In this document: in pieces, positions 1-10,115 of the stretch
How positions within the stretch are numbered: the stretch's first letter is position 1
Layout: every line of letters starts with the position of its first letter
NCBI GenBank assembly: GCA_963706575.1
Contig: CAVPNL010000006.1
Span: 256,001 to 320,000 of the forward strand
Length of the DNA stretch: 64,000 nt
Origin: an uncultured delta proteobacterium
GTDB lineage: Bacteria > Desulfobacterota > Desulfobacteria > Desulfobacterales > JAHEIW01
Reading direction: 5' to 3'
Notes under the pieces: generated by a model
Databases searched by the model: none
What the model was told of the DNA's origin: nothing
The model's input: the letters and a program-made list of their open reading frames with translations, nothing else
Program-made: the position numbers and the translations under genes

Positions 1-672
1 GCAGGTCGCGCAAAAGTGAACGCCGGCACCGATGTACTCGTTTTCGCCCGGCACATTCAGGCGTTTGTAGCGGCTGCCGGTGGCGATCAGCAGCGCGTCG
101 GCACTGTACTGGCTGCCGTCTTCGGTTGTGACACCATGGTAATTATCGGTGCTGCTAACGGCGGCAATCTGCTGAGCCTGCAGCAGTTCCACGCCGAAGC
201 GTTCCGCCTGCCGGCGCAGGCGCTCGGAAAACTCGATTCCGGCAACGCCATCGGGAAATCCGGGCATGTTATCCAGTTTTTCGGTTCCGGCGGCCTGGCC
301 GCCGAAGGCGGCGCGCTCGATCACCAGGGTGTCGATGGCTTCGCGGGCCGTATAGAGGGCCGCCGTCAAGCCGGCGGGCCCGCCGCCTAAAACGATCAGG
401 TCGTAATGGCTGCGGGCGGCTTTGGTCTTCAGACCCAGTTTGGCCGCCAGCTCCGCATTGCTGGGCTCCACCAGAAAGGAGTCGTCGGCAAATGTAATTG
501 TCGGAATGATGCGCTTGCCGTCGTTTTTTTCGATCACAAACGCTTCGGCCTGTTGGTCCTGTTCAATATCCACCCAGTTGTAGGGGATCTGGTGCTCGCC
601 CAGAAACTGCTTGCTGCGGCGGCAGTCCGGGCACCAGTGGGCACCGTATACGGTGATTTCCGCATCGGACAT
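1..672 (-). CDS. Glutaredoxin/NrdH-like domain fused to thioredoxin reductase (3' end runs off the window)
   Basis: Not in ORF track; manual translation from ATG at 672 gives MSDAEITVYGAHWCPDCRRSK...YDLIVLGGGPAGLTAALY...LLIATGS...GVHFCATC; RBS GAAAGGAG upstream. Confidence 0.9.
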   Translation of the reverse strand, partial: MSDAEITVYGAHWCPDCRRSKQFLGEHQIPYNWVDIEQDQQAEAFVIEKNDGKRIIPTITFADDSFLVEPSNAELAAKLGLKTKAARSHYDLIVLGGGPAGLTAALYTAREAIDTLVIERAAFGGQAAGTEKLDNMPGFPDGVAGIEFSERLRRQAERFGVELLQAQQIAAVSSTDNYHGVTTEDGSQYSADALLIATGSRYKRLNVPGENEYIGAGVHFCATC

Positions 673-693
673 GGCGATTCTCCTTTCAAATAT

Positions 694-1656
694 CTAATGC
701 GCCGGCTCGGGCTGAACCAGACAAGGATCACTATCACACGAATTGACCTCCACGGTGACATGGGCGATCTCATCATAATCATCCAGCAGCTTCTTGTAAT
801 GGTCGGGCGATTTGGGGAAATGGGTGACGATTGAAACGATAGCCGATAGATGATGGGAGCCCACCCGCCACAGGTGCAGATCGGATACGCGGTTGTCTGA
901 ATCTGCTTCGATGATCGCGCGAATTTCCTCGACCGCCTCCGGATTGACATCGCGGTCCAGCAACACCTTACCGGTGTCCACCAGCAACCCGTAAGCCCAG
1001 CGGCTGATGATCACGGCACCCACGATGCCCATGATGGGGTCCATCCAGACCCAGCCGAATGCTTTGCCGGTAAACAATGCAATGATGGCCAGCACAGACG
1101 TCAGGGCATCGGCCAGCACATGAAAATAGGCGGCCCTTAAGTTGTGGTCGCGGAATTTTTTGGTATGCTCGTGGTCATGCCCGTTGCCATGATCGTGACC
1201 ATGCTTTTCCTGCAGCAAAAAGGCGCTGATCACATTGACCACCAGGCCGACGAATGCCACCGCAATGGCTTCGTTGAAACGAATGGGCTGGGGTGAAACC
1301 AGCCGCTGAATAGACTCAACGCCGATGAGTATTGCAATCACCGCCAATACCACCGCGCTGGTAAACCCTCCCAGCACACCGACTTTTCCGGTCCCAAAAC
1401 TGTAATTGGGGTTATCCGAGTGCCGGCGCGCGTAATAGTACGCAAAGGCAGTGATGCCCAGTGCGACGGCATGGGTGCCCATGTGCCAGCCGTCGGCCAG
1501 CAGGGCCATGGAGCCAAACAAATAGCCCGCGGTGATCTCGATAATCATCATCGACAGGGTCAGCACAATCACCCGGCGGGTATTGCGCTCACCGTGCCCG
1601 TCTTCGATATTATAGCGGTGGCGATGTTTCCATTTTTGTAAGGTGTGTATATGCAT
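694..1656 (-). CDS. dmeF: CDF family cation efflux transporter (DmeF-like, Co/Ni)
   Basis: SMALLADGWHM, His-rich loop, NLRAAYFHVLADALTS motifs. Confidence 0.85.
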   Translation of the reverse strand: MHIHTLQKWKHRHRYNIEDGHGERNTRRVIVLTLSMMIIEITAGYLFGSMALLADGWHMGTHAVALGITAFAYYYARRHSDNPNYSFGTGKVGVLGGFTSAVVLAVIAILIGVESIQRLVSPQPIRFNEAIAVAFVGLVVNVISAFLLQEKHGHDHGNGHDHEHTKKFRDHNLRAAYFHVLADALTSVLAIIALFTGKAFGWVWMDPIMGIVGAVIISRWAYGLLVDTGKVLLDRDVNPEAVEEIRAIIEADSDNRVSDLHLWRVGSHHLSAIVSIVTHFPKSPDHYKKLLDDYDEIAHVTVEVNSCDSDPCLVQPEPAH

Positions 1657-1958
1657 AATAATTTTTTAACCTGAAGAGTTCATGTAGATATGGTTAAACC
1701 CGGTATTAAAACTGCCTTTATTATATTTAAGCAGTAAGCGTTTTTTTTCAACTCCAAACTTTACAATTTTCAGCCGTGAAAATGAATGCTGTGAGATATC
1801 ATTCGGGCTCCCCTGATAGGGATAAAGATATATTGAATTTCTTAGCTTTTATTCCGCCAGCACCCTTGATATGGTGGAGAAGGCAAGAGGGAGCAGTCGG
1901 AAGCAAAAGCGATGGCGGGGAAATCCAGCCTAACCCACAAATATAGGAGGCAAAGAAG

Positions 1959-2744
1959 ATGGGGAAGCTTGATGGGAAGACAGCCATTATTACAGGGGCA
2001 GCAGGCGGAATCGGTCTTGAAATCGCCAGGCGGTTTAACCAGGAAGGTGCCGGGGTCATGATCTGCGATCGAAAACAAAAACAATTGGAGAATGCACAAG
2101 AACAGATTTCTGCCAGCAGGGAACGAGTTTTAACTGTAAGCGCAGATGTAACCTCAGAAGAAGACATTCATCAGGTGGTTTCCCGGACCGTAGAACATTT
2201 TGGTGGCATTCACATTCTGGTCAACAATGCCGGTGTTGTCAGATTTGGCAAGCTGGAGGAGGCAGACCACCTTGCCTGGCGGGATGTAATGCGAACCAAC
2301 GCCTATGCTCCGTGGCAGTTTATGGTTGCCGTGTTACCTGAGATGCGCAAGGCTGGCGGCGGATCAATCATTAATATATCTTCTATTAATGGCATTAAGG
2401 CTTTTCCGGGAATGGGTGTCTATAGCGCTTCTAAAGCCGCACAGCAAATGCTTTCGCAGGTAATGGCTATGGAAGTTGCCGCGGATAACATTCGGGTTAA
2501 TTCGATTTTACCCGGTCTGGTCGAGGATACAGAGTTTCTTTATGAAGAGATTGGCGAAGAAAATTTAGCCGATTTTTTTGCTTCTCTCAGGTCTCTTCAC
2601 CCTTTAGGGAGGAACACCAAACCCAAAGATGTAGCAGATGCCGCCTTGTTTTTGGCATCGGATCAAAGTGAATTTATATCCGGTGTGCTGCTGAACGTCG
2701 ATGGTGGACGTCACCTGGCTACCAATCGCCCTCCGGCGGCCTGA
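1959..2744 (+). CDS. Short-chain dehydrogenase/reductase (SDR)
   Basis: TGAAGGIG, NNAG, YSASK motifs; RBS GGAGG. Confidence 0.9.
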   Translation: MGKLDGKTAIITGAAGGIGLEIARRFNQEGAGVMICDRKQKQLENAQEQISASRERVLTVSADVTSEEDIHQVVSRTVEHFGGIHILVNNAGVVRFGKLEEADHLAWRDVMRTNAYAPWQFMVAVLPEMRKAGGGSIINISSINGIKAFPGMGVYSASKAAQQMLSQVMAMEVAADNIRVNSILPGLVEDTEFLYEEIGEENLADFFASLRSLHPLGRNTKPKDVADAALFLASDQSEFISGVLLNVDGGRHLATNRPPAA

Positions 2745-2840
2745 GGGTTTTTTTCTATCTTTTGCAAAAAATCTTGCCTTCCTTAGAATGGTATGTAATC
2801 CTTTTGGTAAAAAAAAACAGAAAGAAATCGAGAAAAACAG

Positions 2841-3437
2841 ATGAACAAATGGATGGTTAAAGTATTGTTTTATACGTTATTAAGCTTCGTTTTTTTAAGT
2901 CAGGCGGTGACGGCTGATGATAAAAGTGCCGCCGAAGAATTTATAAAAAGCAACCTTAATGCCGTATTTACGGTTTTGCAGAAAGAAGATCTAACGCAGC
3001 AGGCCAAAAACAGCCAGGTCGTTGAAATCGTTACCCCCATGTTCGATTTTAAACTCATGGCCAAACTCTCATTGGGAAAGAAATACTGGCCGGATCTATC
3101 CCAGGACAAAAAGGAGCGATTTACCGAACTTTTTATCGAGCGCCTGCGGCAATCCTATCTGAATAAACTGACGGCCTACACGGATGAAAAAATTTCTTAC
3201 GAATCGCCGGTGGCGATCAATAAAAAGGTTCATATGCCCACCCAGCTGATTTCAAAAGGCAATAAAATTGATATGTTATATAAGCTTTATCCATCAAATA
3301 ACGGCTGGAAGATTTATGACGTCGAGATTCAGGGTGTCAGCATTATCCGCAGTTACCGGTCTCAATTTAATGAGATTTTGCAGAAAGGCACTTTTGACGA
3401 ACTCCTGCAGAAAATGCAAAAACCGGCGGACAACTAG
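2841..3437 (+). CDS. MlaC/Ttg2D-family periplasmic lipid-binding protein
   Basis: Signal peptide; FDFKLMAKLSLGKKYW and WKIYDVEIQGVSIIRSYRSQF motifs. Confidence 0.85.
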   Translation: MNKWMVKVLFYTLLSFVFLSQAVTADDKSAAEEFIKSNLNAVFTVLQKEDLTQQAKNSQVVEIVTPMFDFKLMAKLSLGKKYWPDLSQDKKERFTELFIERLRQSYLNKLTAYTDEKISYESPVAINKKVHMPTQLISKGNKIDMLYKLYPSNNGWKIYDVEIQGVSIIRSYRSQFNEILQKGTFDELLQKMQKPADN

Positions 3438-3580
3438 AATCCATCTCAAAAATAGGATTTTGGTTCAAGATCGCGGCGGGGCCGAGTTTGAAACCGCAGG
3501 CATACTGTTGTATGTCGAGGATTTGAAACGAGGCACCAACAAAGATATGGGGCCAAAAGACATTTTTGAGATGGGTTCTA
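3435..3580. repeat. ERIC/RPE-like palindromic element (146 bp)
   Basis: Terminal IR TAGAATCCATCTCAAAAAT / ATTTTTGAGATGGGTTCTA (1 mismatch); core GCATACTGTTGTATGTCGAG; left end is the upstream gene's TAG stop. Confidence 0.8.
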
Positions 3581-3611
3581 AAAACCGCTTTCTTATGAGC
3601 TAAGCGATCCT

Positions 3612-6128
3612 ATGGCAAAACCGCACTCTTTGGTCACTCGTTTTTACGATCGGATTGTTCTCGAGTATCCGAAAATCGTTATACTCGGCATACTGACAGT
3701 GGTCTGCTTTCTGGGCTATAAAGCAGCGGACTTCAGACTCGATGCTTCGACCGAAACCCTGATTATCGAGACCGATGAAGACTTGCGATACTCGCGATTG
3801 ATTAAGTCGCGATATGGTGGATATGATTATTTATTGATGACATATTCCCCTAAAATCGATTTGTTTTCAGATGAGTCCTTGAAAAAACTTGCCCAGTTGC
3901 GCGATGACTTAAAGCAGACGAAACGGGTCACTTCGGTCGTTTCCATACTGGATGCCCCCTTGCTGGAAAGCCCTCCCGTGCCGGTCAAGGAGCTAACCAC
4001 CAGCCTACAAACGCTTGAATCACCAACAGTCGATCGCAAACTGGCGAAAATTGAGTTCAAAGACAGTCCCCTGTACCAAAATCTGCTTGTCAGCCCCGAT
4101 CTGAAGACCACCGGCCTTCAGGTCAATTTCCCTATCGACGAAGTCTACAAGGACTTATTGGCCCGTACCGACCATTTTCGAGAAAAAGCAGCCAGCAGCG
4201 CGCTAACAGACGCAGAAATTATTGAATTCAAAGACCTCAAAAGGCAAATCCAAAGGCGCCGGGAAATACGGAGGCAAATCCGAAGTGAGGATATCGCCGC
4301 CATCCGGGCCATTATGGACAACTACCGCCAAGATGCCCAGCTTTTCCTGGGCGGAATCAGCGTTATATCAGACGATTTAATTCGCTTTGTTAAGCAGGAT
4401 TTGAAAATATTCGGCATCGGAGTCGCATTTTTTCTGATTGTTACCTTAAGCATTATTTTTAGCAAAGTTCGTTGGGTCGTATTACCAATGCTCTGCTGTG
4501 TTTTTTCCGTCATTGCCATGATGGGTCTTCTGGGAATGTTTGGTTGGAAGGTCACCGTCATATCTTCCAATTTTATATCGTTACAGCTGATCATTACCAT
4601 GGCGATTACGATCCATTTGATCGTGCGCTACAAGGATCTTTCGTTGCGTAATCCTGAAGCTGAACAGCGTCAGCTTATCCTTGATACGGTGAGTTCAATG
4701 CTGACACCCTGCCTGTATGCCGCTCTGACGACGATCGCAGGATTCAGTTCGCTGCTGCTGAGCGATATTCTGCCCGTCAGAACATTTGGCTGGATGATGA
4801 GTGCCGGTATCGCGGTTTCGCTGATCACAACATTTCTACTCTTTCCGGCCGGGCTTATGTTGCTGGGCAAAGAAGCGCCGCAGGTCATAACGGCAAGACG
4901 TTTTTCCTTTACGGCTGCTCTCGCCAGGTTTACCGAAGCACACGGCACCTTGATAATCATCGGGAGCTACCTCATCTTAATTATGAATGTCGTCGGCTTT
5001 ACCAGACTCGTTGTTGAAAACAGCTTTATTAATTACTTTAAAGATAACACCGAAATTTATCAGGGTCTGAAAGTCATCGACGAAAAGCTTGGGGGTACAA
5101 CCCCTTTGGATGTGATCGTCGAACTCGAGGTGCCGCAAGCATCGGCAGTTATGGCGAAGAAGAAAACCAAAGGGCAGGGCGACGAAGAATTCGATCAGTT
5201 TGATGAATTTGAAGAAGCCAATGATGAAAAATATTGGTTTACCGCTGACCGGATGGCACTGGCGACGAAGATCCATGATTATCTTGACAGCCTGCCGGAA
5301 ACCGGCAAGGTGCTGTCGCTGGCAACGATGCTGAAGATTGCGAAGAAATTGAACAATGGTCAACCGTTAGATAATTTTCAGCTGGCCCTGGTGTACAGCG
5401 AACTGCCTGAGAAATTTAAGCGCATCATATTAAAACCTTACGTATCTCCGCAACACCATCAGCTGCGCTACTCCATCCGGGTCAAGGATTCCGAAAAATC
5501 TTTGAGACGCGACGCCCTCTTGAAAAAGATCCGTCATGACCTGGTTAACAAACTGGGGATAAAAGAAGACAAGCTCCATTTAACCGGCTTGCTGGTGCTC
5601 TATAACAATATGTTGCAGAGCTTGTTTAAGTCGCAGATTCTTACACTGGGAGTGGTCGTGCTGGTGCTGTTGGGTATGTTTCTGATTTTATTTCGGTCTT
5701 GGAAATTAGCGCTGATCGCGATTGCACCGAATCTGCTTGCGATTTCAGTGGTACTCGGGGTCATGGGGTGGCTGAATATTCCTCTGGATATGATGACGAT
5801 TACCATTGCGGCCATCAGTATTGGGATAGCGGTCGATAACACCATTCACTATATTTACCGCTTCAGATACGAGTTCCAGTACGAGCCTAGCTATACCAAA
5901 ACCGTTCATCAATGTCACGGCAGCATCGGCCGCGCCCTGTATTACACATCGCTGACGATTATCAGCGGTTTTTTGATTCTGACCCTGTCCAATTTTATTC
6001 CCAGCATCTATTTTGGCCTGCTGACGGCATTGGCCATGTTGATTGCCCTGGTGGCCGCCCTGACGCTGCTGCCGCAGCTCATCATTGTATTTAAACCGTT
6101 TGGGCCTGGGGCTAGGGCGAACCAGTGA
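3612..6128 (+). CDS. MMPL/RND-family transporter
   Basis: Two repeats of TM + periplasmic domain + 5 TM; GIAVDNTIH and LTTIAGF motifs. Confidence 0.85.
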   Translation: MAKPHSLVTRFYDRIVLEYPKIVILGILTVVCFLGYKAADFRLDASTETLIIETDEDLRYSRLIKSRYGGYDYLLMTYSPKIDLFSDESLKKLAQLRDDLKQTKRVTSVVSILDAPLLESPPVPVKELTTSLQTLESPTVDRKLAKIEFKDSPLYQNLLVSPDLKTTGLQVNFPIDEVYKDLLARTDHFREKAASSALTDAEIIEFKDLKRQIQRRREIRRQIRSEDIAAIRAIMDNYRQDAQLFLGGISVISDDLIRFVKQDLKIFGIGVAFFLIVTLSIIFSKVRWVVLPMLCCVFSVIAMMGLLGMFGWKVTVISSNFISLQLIITMAITIHLIVRYKDLSLRNPEAEQRQLILDTVSSMLTPCLYAALTTIAGFSSLLLSDILPVRTFGWMMSAGIAVSLITTFLLFPAGLMLLGKEAPQVITARRFSFTAALARFTEAHGTLIIIGSYLILIMNVVGFTRLVVENSFINYFKDNTEIYQGLKVIDEKLGGTTPLDVIVELEVPQASAVMAKKKTKGQGDEEFDQFDEFEEANDEKYWFTADRMALATKIHDYLDSLPETGKVLSLATMLKIAKKLNNGQPLDNFQLALVYSELPEKFKRIILKPYVSPQHHQLRYSIRVKDSEKSLRRDALLKKIRHDLVNKLGIKEDKLHLTGLLVLYNNMLQSLFKSQILTLGVVVLVLLGMFLILFRSWKLALIAIAPNLLAISVVLGVMGWLNIPLDMMTITIAAISIGIAVDNTIHYIYRFRYEFQYEPSYTKTVHQCHGSIGRALYYTSLTIISGFLILTLSNFIPSIYFGLLTALAMLIALVAALTLLPQLIIVFKPFGPGARANQ

Positions 6129-6302
6129 TAAGCGGAACTATCCTGGCCTCCGTCAAGTTTTAAGTCAATCAGCCGTTTTTTAAACTTTTCCATCCATTGT
6201 ACCTTGCCGGTCTATTCTCGATTGACACTCCTAGCGGTTTATTCATAATATCCCACAAAAAAATTGAATCTCGATTACTTTGAGATTAGCAGGAGGTCAT
6301 TT

Positions 6303-6821
6303 ATGGACGGAGTTGAAATGGTTGCCCAGTTAATGGCGATTTCCGCTACTACGGCGCCCAAAAGCAAGGGCGAAAATTTTGTAAAGACCCGTGTTCTTAA
6401 GGGAAAAGTTTTAAAGGAGCTCGCCGATGCCATGTTGGCATATGGTCAACGAACGAAAAAAAAGGACTTTGATCGCGATTCTAAAAATGTCGCCGAATCG
6501 GATGCGGTATTGCTGATCGGGTTGAAAAAAGCCAGTGTGCTGGGCCTCGATTGCGCTGCCTGCGGATTTGCGGATTGTAAGACGTTTCAAAAGCAGGAAA
6601 AAGAATCCGGTGAATTTGTCGGCCCGACCTGCGCTTTCCGTCTGCTGGATATGGGGATTGCGCTGGGGTCGGCAGTCAAAACCGCCAGCATGCTCAATGT
6701 CGATAACCGCATTATGTACCGGGTTGGCGTGGCGGTGCGCGAGATGGATCTGGTGGACTGGGAATTTGTAATGGGAATTCCGCTTTCGGTCACCGGCAAA
6801 AGTATTTATTTTGACAGATAG
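6303..6821 (+). CDS. DUF2148-type ferredoxin-domain protein
   Basis: TAPKSKG, DCAACGFADC, DMGIALGSAVKTASMLNVDNRIMY; RBS AGGAGG before ATG 6303. Confidence 0.75.
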   Translation: MDGVEMVAQLMAISATTAPKSKGENFVKTRVLKGKVLKELADAMLAYGQRTKKKDFDRDSKNVAESDAVLLIGLKKASVLGLDCAACGFADCKTFQKQEKESGEFVGPTCAFRLLDMGIALGSAVKTASMLNVDNRIMYRVGVAVREMDLVDWEFVMGIPLSVTGKSIYFDR

Positions 6822-6873
6822 GGACAAGTAAGGGCTTTCGTCCCAACCTGTCGAGAGCCTCAAGGTCGTGCGA

Positions 6874-7023
6874 TTGGAATGTTGGAATACTGGAATACTG
6901 GGTATTGGGACTTTGCAAGGATGGGTTAATGTTCTTCCGAAGGCGGAACGAACAAAAAATTTAAAATGGATAATATCCTTTAAAAAACCATTATTCCATC
7001 CTTCCACTATTCCATTATTCCAT
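6874..7023. repeat. Inverted pair of 8-bp tandem microrepeats (TGGAATAC / TTCCATTA type)
   Basis: TTGGAATGTTGGAATACTGGAATACTGGG ... CCATTATTCCATCCTTCCACTATTCCATTATTCCA; related copy at 20389-20503. Confidence 0.7.
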
Positions 7024-7099
7024 GAATGGGGCCAAAACTCAGGCCTCAAATAGCACCACATACGTTTAATAAGTTATATAAATTCAGGGACGGTAAATC

Positions 7100-8335
7100 A
7101 TGCCATATTTGATGGAAGATGATCCGGAGGTGGCCCGTCTCATCCGGGATGAAGAATCCAGGGTTGAAAATACGCTGGACCTGATTGCCGCGGAAAATCA
7201 TGCACCGGCATCTATTCTGGAGGCTCAGGGGTCGATATTTAACCTGAAAGCCGCTGAAGGTTTTCCCGGAAATCGGTTTCATGCCGGCTGCCGGCATGCG
7301 GATGAGCTGGAACAGCTGGCTATTTCCAGGGCCAAAGATCTTTTTGGGGCCGAGCACGCCAATGTTCAGCCCCACAGCGGTGTTGCAGCCAATCTGGCGG
7401 TCTATTTTTCGGTGCTTGACATCGGTGATCGCATCCTGTCCATGAAATTATCCCACGGCGGGCATCTGTCCCATGGCGATTCCGCATCGATGACAAGCAA
7501 GTGCTTTGACTTTCAGCATTACGGCCTCGATCTTAGCACCGAACGCATCGATTACGACGCGGTCGAAAATCTTGCAAATCAATTCAAGCCCCGCATGATC
7601 GTCGCCGGTGCCAGCTCTTACCCCCGTTTGTTCGATTATATCAGATTGGCTGAAATTGCGAATTCGGTTTCGGCCTTTTTGCTGGTCGACATGGCTCACA
7701 TCGCGGGTCTGGTTGCTGCCGGGCTCATCCCCAGCCCGGTTCCCCATGCTGACTTTGTGACCTTTACCACCTACAAAACCTTACGGGGCGGCCGCGGCGG
7801 GGTGATTTTGTGCAAGCAGGACCATGCCGACAGGATTAACAGGGCCATCTTTCCCGGCGGGCAGGGTACCCCCGCGCTTAATTTTATTGCCGCCAAAGCG
7901 GTCTGCTTCCATCTGGCGATGGCTAATGATTTTGTCGAGCTTCAAAAGAAAACATTAAAAAACGCGGCCTGCTTTGCCGACGAGTTTGAACGCCGGGGGT
8001 ATCGAATCGTTTCCGGCGGGACTGACAATCATCTGGTGCTGATCGATTTGCGGCCAAAAGGCTTGACCGGGGCGCTGGCTGAAAAAACACTGGAATCCGT
8101 AGGAATTATCGTAAACCGCAACGTCATCCCCGGAGATCCGGAAAGACCGGATGTGACCAGCGGCATCCGCATTGGCAGCCCGGCCGTCAGTTCCAGAGAC
8201 ATGGCTGAACCGGAGGTGCAACAGATTGTGCGAATCATGGATACGGCCATGTCAAACGGCGAAAATTCACAGATCCTGGGCCAGGTGGCTGATGAAGTTA
8301 AGGATCTGTGTAAAAAATTTCCGGTTCAAAAATAG
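7100..8335 (+). CDS. glyA: Serine hydroxymethyltransferase-family PLP enzyme, divergent active site
   Basis: GGHLSHG, DMAHIAGL, TTYKTLRG, GGTDNHL, SGIRIG; several canonical residues replaced. Confidence 0.8.
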   Translation: MPYLMEDDPEVARLIRDEESRVENTLDLIAAENHAPASILEAQGSIFNLKAAEGFPGNRFHAGCRHADELEQLAISRAKDLFGAEHANVQPHSGVAANLAVYFSVLDIGDRILSMKLSHGGHLSHGDSASMTSKCFDFQHYGLDLSTERIDYDAVENLANQFKPRMIVAGASSYPRLFDYIRLAEIANSVSAFLLVDMAHIAGLVAAGLIPSPVPHADFVTFTTYKTLRGGRGGVILCKQDHADRINRAIFPGGQGTPALNFIAAKAVCFHLAMANDFVELQKKTLKNAACFADEFERRGYRIVSGGTDNHLVLIDLRPKGLTGALAEKTLESVGIIVNRNVIPGDPERPDVTSGIRIGSPAVSSRDMAEPEVQQIVRIMDTAMSNGENSQILGQVADEVKDLCKKFPVQK

Positions 8336-8342
8336 TTTTCAG

Positions 8343-8495
8343 TTGAATTGGTTAAATTAGTTAAATTGGTTTGATTTGTTTGATTGGTTTTATTAGTTTG
8401 ACTGGTTGCTTTGATTTGTCTGTTGGAATGGCCGAATATCTGATTTTCGCTTAACCAATTGAACCAATAAAACCAAATAAACCAATAAAACGATT
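8343..8495. repeat. Inverted pair of ~9-bp tandem microrepeats (ATTGGTTT / AAACCAAT)
   Basis: Repeated TTGGTT units followed by repeated AACCAA units. Confidence 0.7.
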
Positions 8496-8573
8496 TGTTG
8501 ACACCACCAAAACTCTGGGAAACTTAGCAGTTTGTAAAAGCGATAAGATAGCATAATCTAAAACGGAGGTTTT

Positions 8574-9281
8574 ATGGACAACAAGAAGTTAAAAAAAGCA
8601 TTTTCCGAGCTTTCGACCCCTTTAATTGCCGATGCGTGTTTGCGGTTAGGCGTTTTTATGCGGGTTGCGCCAATCGGGATCAAACCCCTGGTTGCGGGGT
8701 GGAAAATTGCCGGGCGCGTATTACCGGTTCGACATTCCGGAAGCGTGGATATTTTTCTGGAAGTCATGGCAAAAGCAGATGCCGGTGATATTCTGACCAT
8801 TGATAATGCCGCCAGAAAACATGAAGGCTGCATCGGGGATCTTACCGCTCTGGAGGCGCAGGCAATGGGGCTGGGAGGTATTGCGGTCTGGGGATTTCAC
8901 CGGGATACGCCCCAGCTTATTGAGATCGGCTTTCCGGTTTTCAGTTACGGATCTTATCCGGTAGGACCCAAGCGCGCCTACCCGAGGGGGCGAGATGCCC
9001 TTACCACCGCAAGGTTCGGTGATTTTAAACTAACCGCCGATGATGTGGTTTTGGGCGACGACGACGGGGTGGTTTTTGCGTTGTTGCAAGATGTCGAGGA
9101 GATTATTTCGTTGGCTCGCAAGATTGCCGAAACCGAGCAACGCCAGGCTGAGAACATCAAAAAAGGGAAGACCCTTTCGCAACAAATTAAGTTCGACGAA
9201 TATTTGAAAAAACGCAGCAAAAATTCGGCCTATACCCTTCGCGAGCATCTGCAGAAAATCGGCGGAGCGATTGAAGTTTAA
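8574..9281 (+). CDS. RraA/HMG-aldolase family protein
   Basis: STPLIADA, GCIGDL, GFHRDT, GDDDGVVF motifs. Confidence 0.85.
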   Translation: MDNKKLKKAFSELSTPLIADACLRLGVFMRVAPIGIKPLVAGWKIAGRVLPVRHSGSVDIFLEVMAKADAGDILTIDNAARKHEGCIGDLTALEAQAMGLGGIAVWGFHRDTPQLIEIGFPVFSYGSYPVGPKRAYPRGRDALTTARFGDFKLTADDVVLGDDDGVVFALLQDVEEIISLARKIAETEQRQAENIKKGKTLSQQIKFDEYLKKRSKNSAYTLREHLQKIGGAIEV

Positions 9282-9436
9282 TTTCACCGCAGAGGCGCGG
9301 AGTTCGCAGAGTTATTTTTAGGGCTGATTTCCTGAGAGGGGATATCAAATTGGTAATCCCTCGGATTTAGGCAGGGCCTCTCAACGAAAAACCCAAAGAT
9401 ATTTCTCTCTGCGTCCTCTGCGCCTCTGCGGTGAAA
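9282..9436. repeat. Inverted repeat of CACCGCAGAG type (related to GxxExxY-flanking repeats)
   Basis: TTTCACCGCAGAGGCGCGGAGTTCGCAGAG ... CTCTGCGTCCTCTGCGCCTCTGCGGTGAAA. Confidence 0.8.
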
Positions 9437-9451
9437 ATAAAGGCATCCAAT

Positions 9452-10110
9452 ATGATCAAATTTATAGAGCTTAGCCACATCCTCGAAGATGGCATGATCA
9501 CTTACACCGGTCTGCCGGGGCCCGTAATCAGCGACCATCTGAGTCGCGAAGACGCCGTGTCCCATTATTCGAAAGGCACGACATTTCAGATCGGAAAAAT
9601 CGAAATGGTCGCCAATACCGGCACCTATATCGATGCCCCCTTTCATCGCTACGCGGAGGGAATAGATTTAGTCCGGACTTGAAATGGCGTCGATCGCTAA
9701 TCTTGACGGTATCGTCTTTCGAGCCGCTCAGGGAATGCGTTCAATTGATAAGGATGTTTTCGAAAACGATAATGTTGCAGGGCAAGGCTGTCCTTATCCA
9801 TACCGGTTGGGACCGGCATTGGAGAACCGATGCGTATTTTGAAAACCATCCCTTCCTTACGCGGGATGCAGCTGAATATTTAAAATCCTCCGGTGCTGCC
9901 CTGGTGGGGATCGACTCGCTCAATATCGACGACACCACCGATGGATCACGACCGGCACATTCCATTTTGCTGAAGGCCAATATTCCGATTGTCGAACATA
10001 TGTGCCACCTGGGCGCGTTGCCCGAGAGTGGATTTAAATTCTTTGCCGTGCCCGCCCCGGTAAAGGGCATGGGGTCCTTCCCGGTGCGTGCTTTCGCGTT
10101 GATTGATTGA
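9452..10110 (+). pseudogene. Cyclase/kynurenine formamidase-like metal hydrolase with two apparent +1 frameshifts
   Basis: NTGTYIDAPFH, then LQGKAVLIHTGW, GIDSLNID, PVRAFA in another frame; intermediate frame reads SGLEMASIANLDGIVFR; span = 3n+2. Confidence 0.75.
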
Positions 10111-10115
10111 ACTAT

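Noticed and set aside
3268..3603. ORFs spanning repeats (also 6868-7053, 12705-13214, 18878-19227, 46943-47338)
   Set aside because: Translations of palindromic or microrepeat DNA and gene overlaps, with no family motifs
6874..8495. CRISPR array in microrepeat regions
   Set aside because: Units are 7-10 bp, with no unique constant-length spacers and no cas genes
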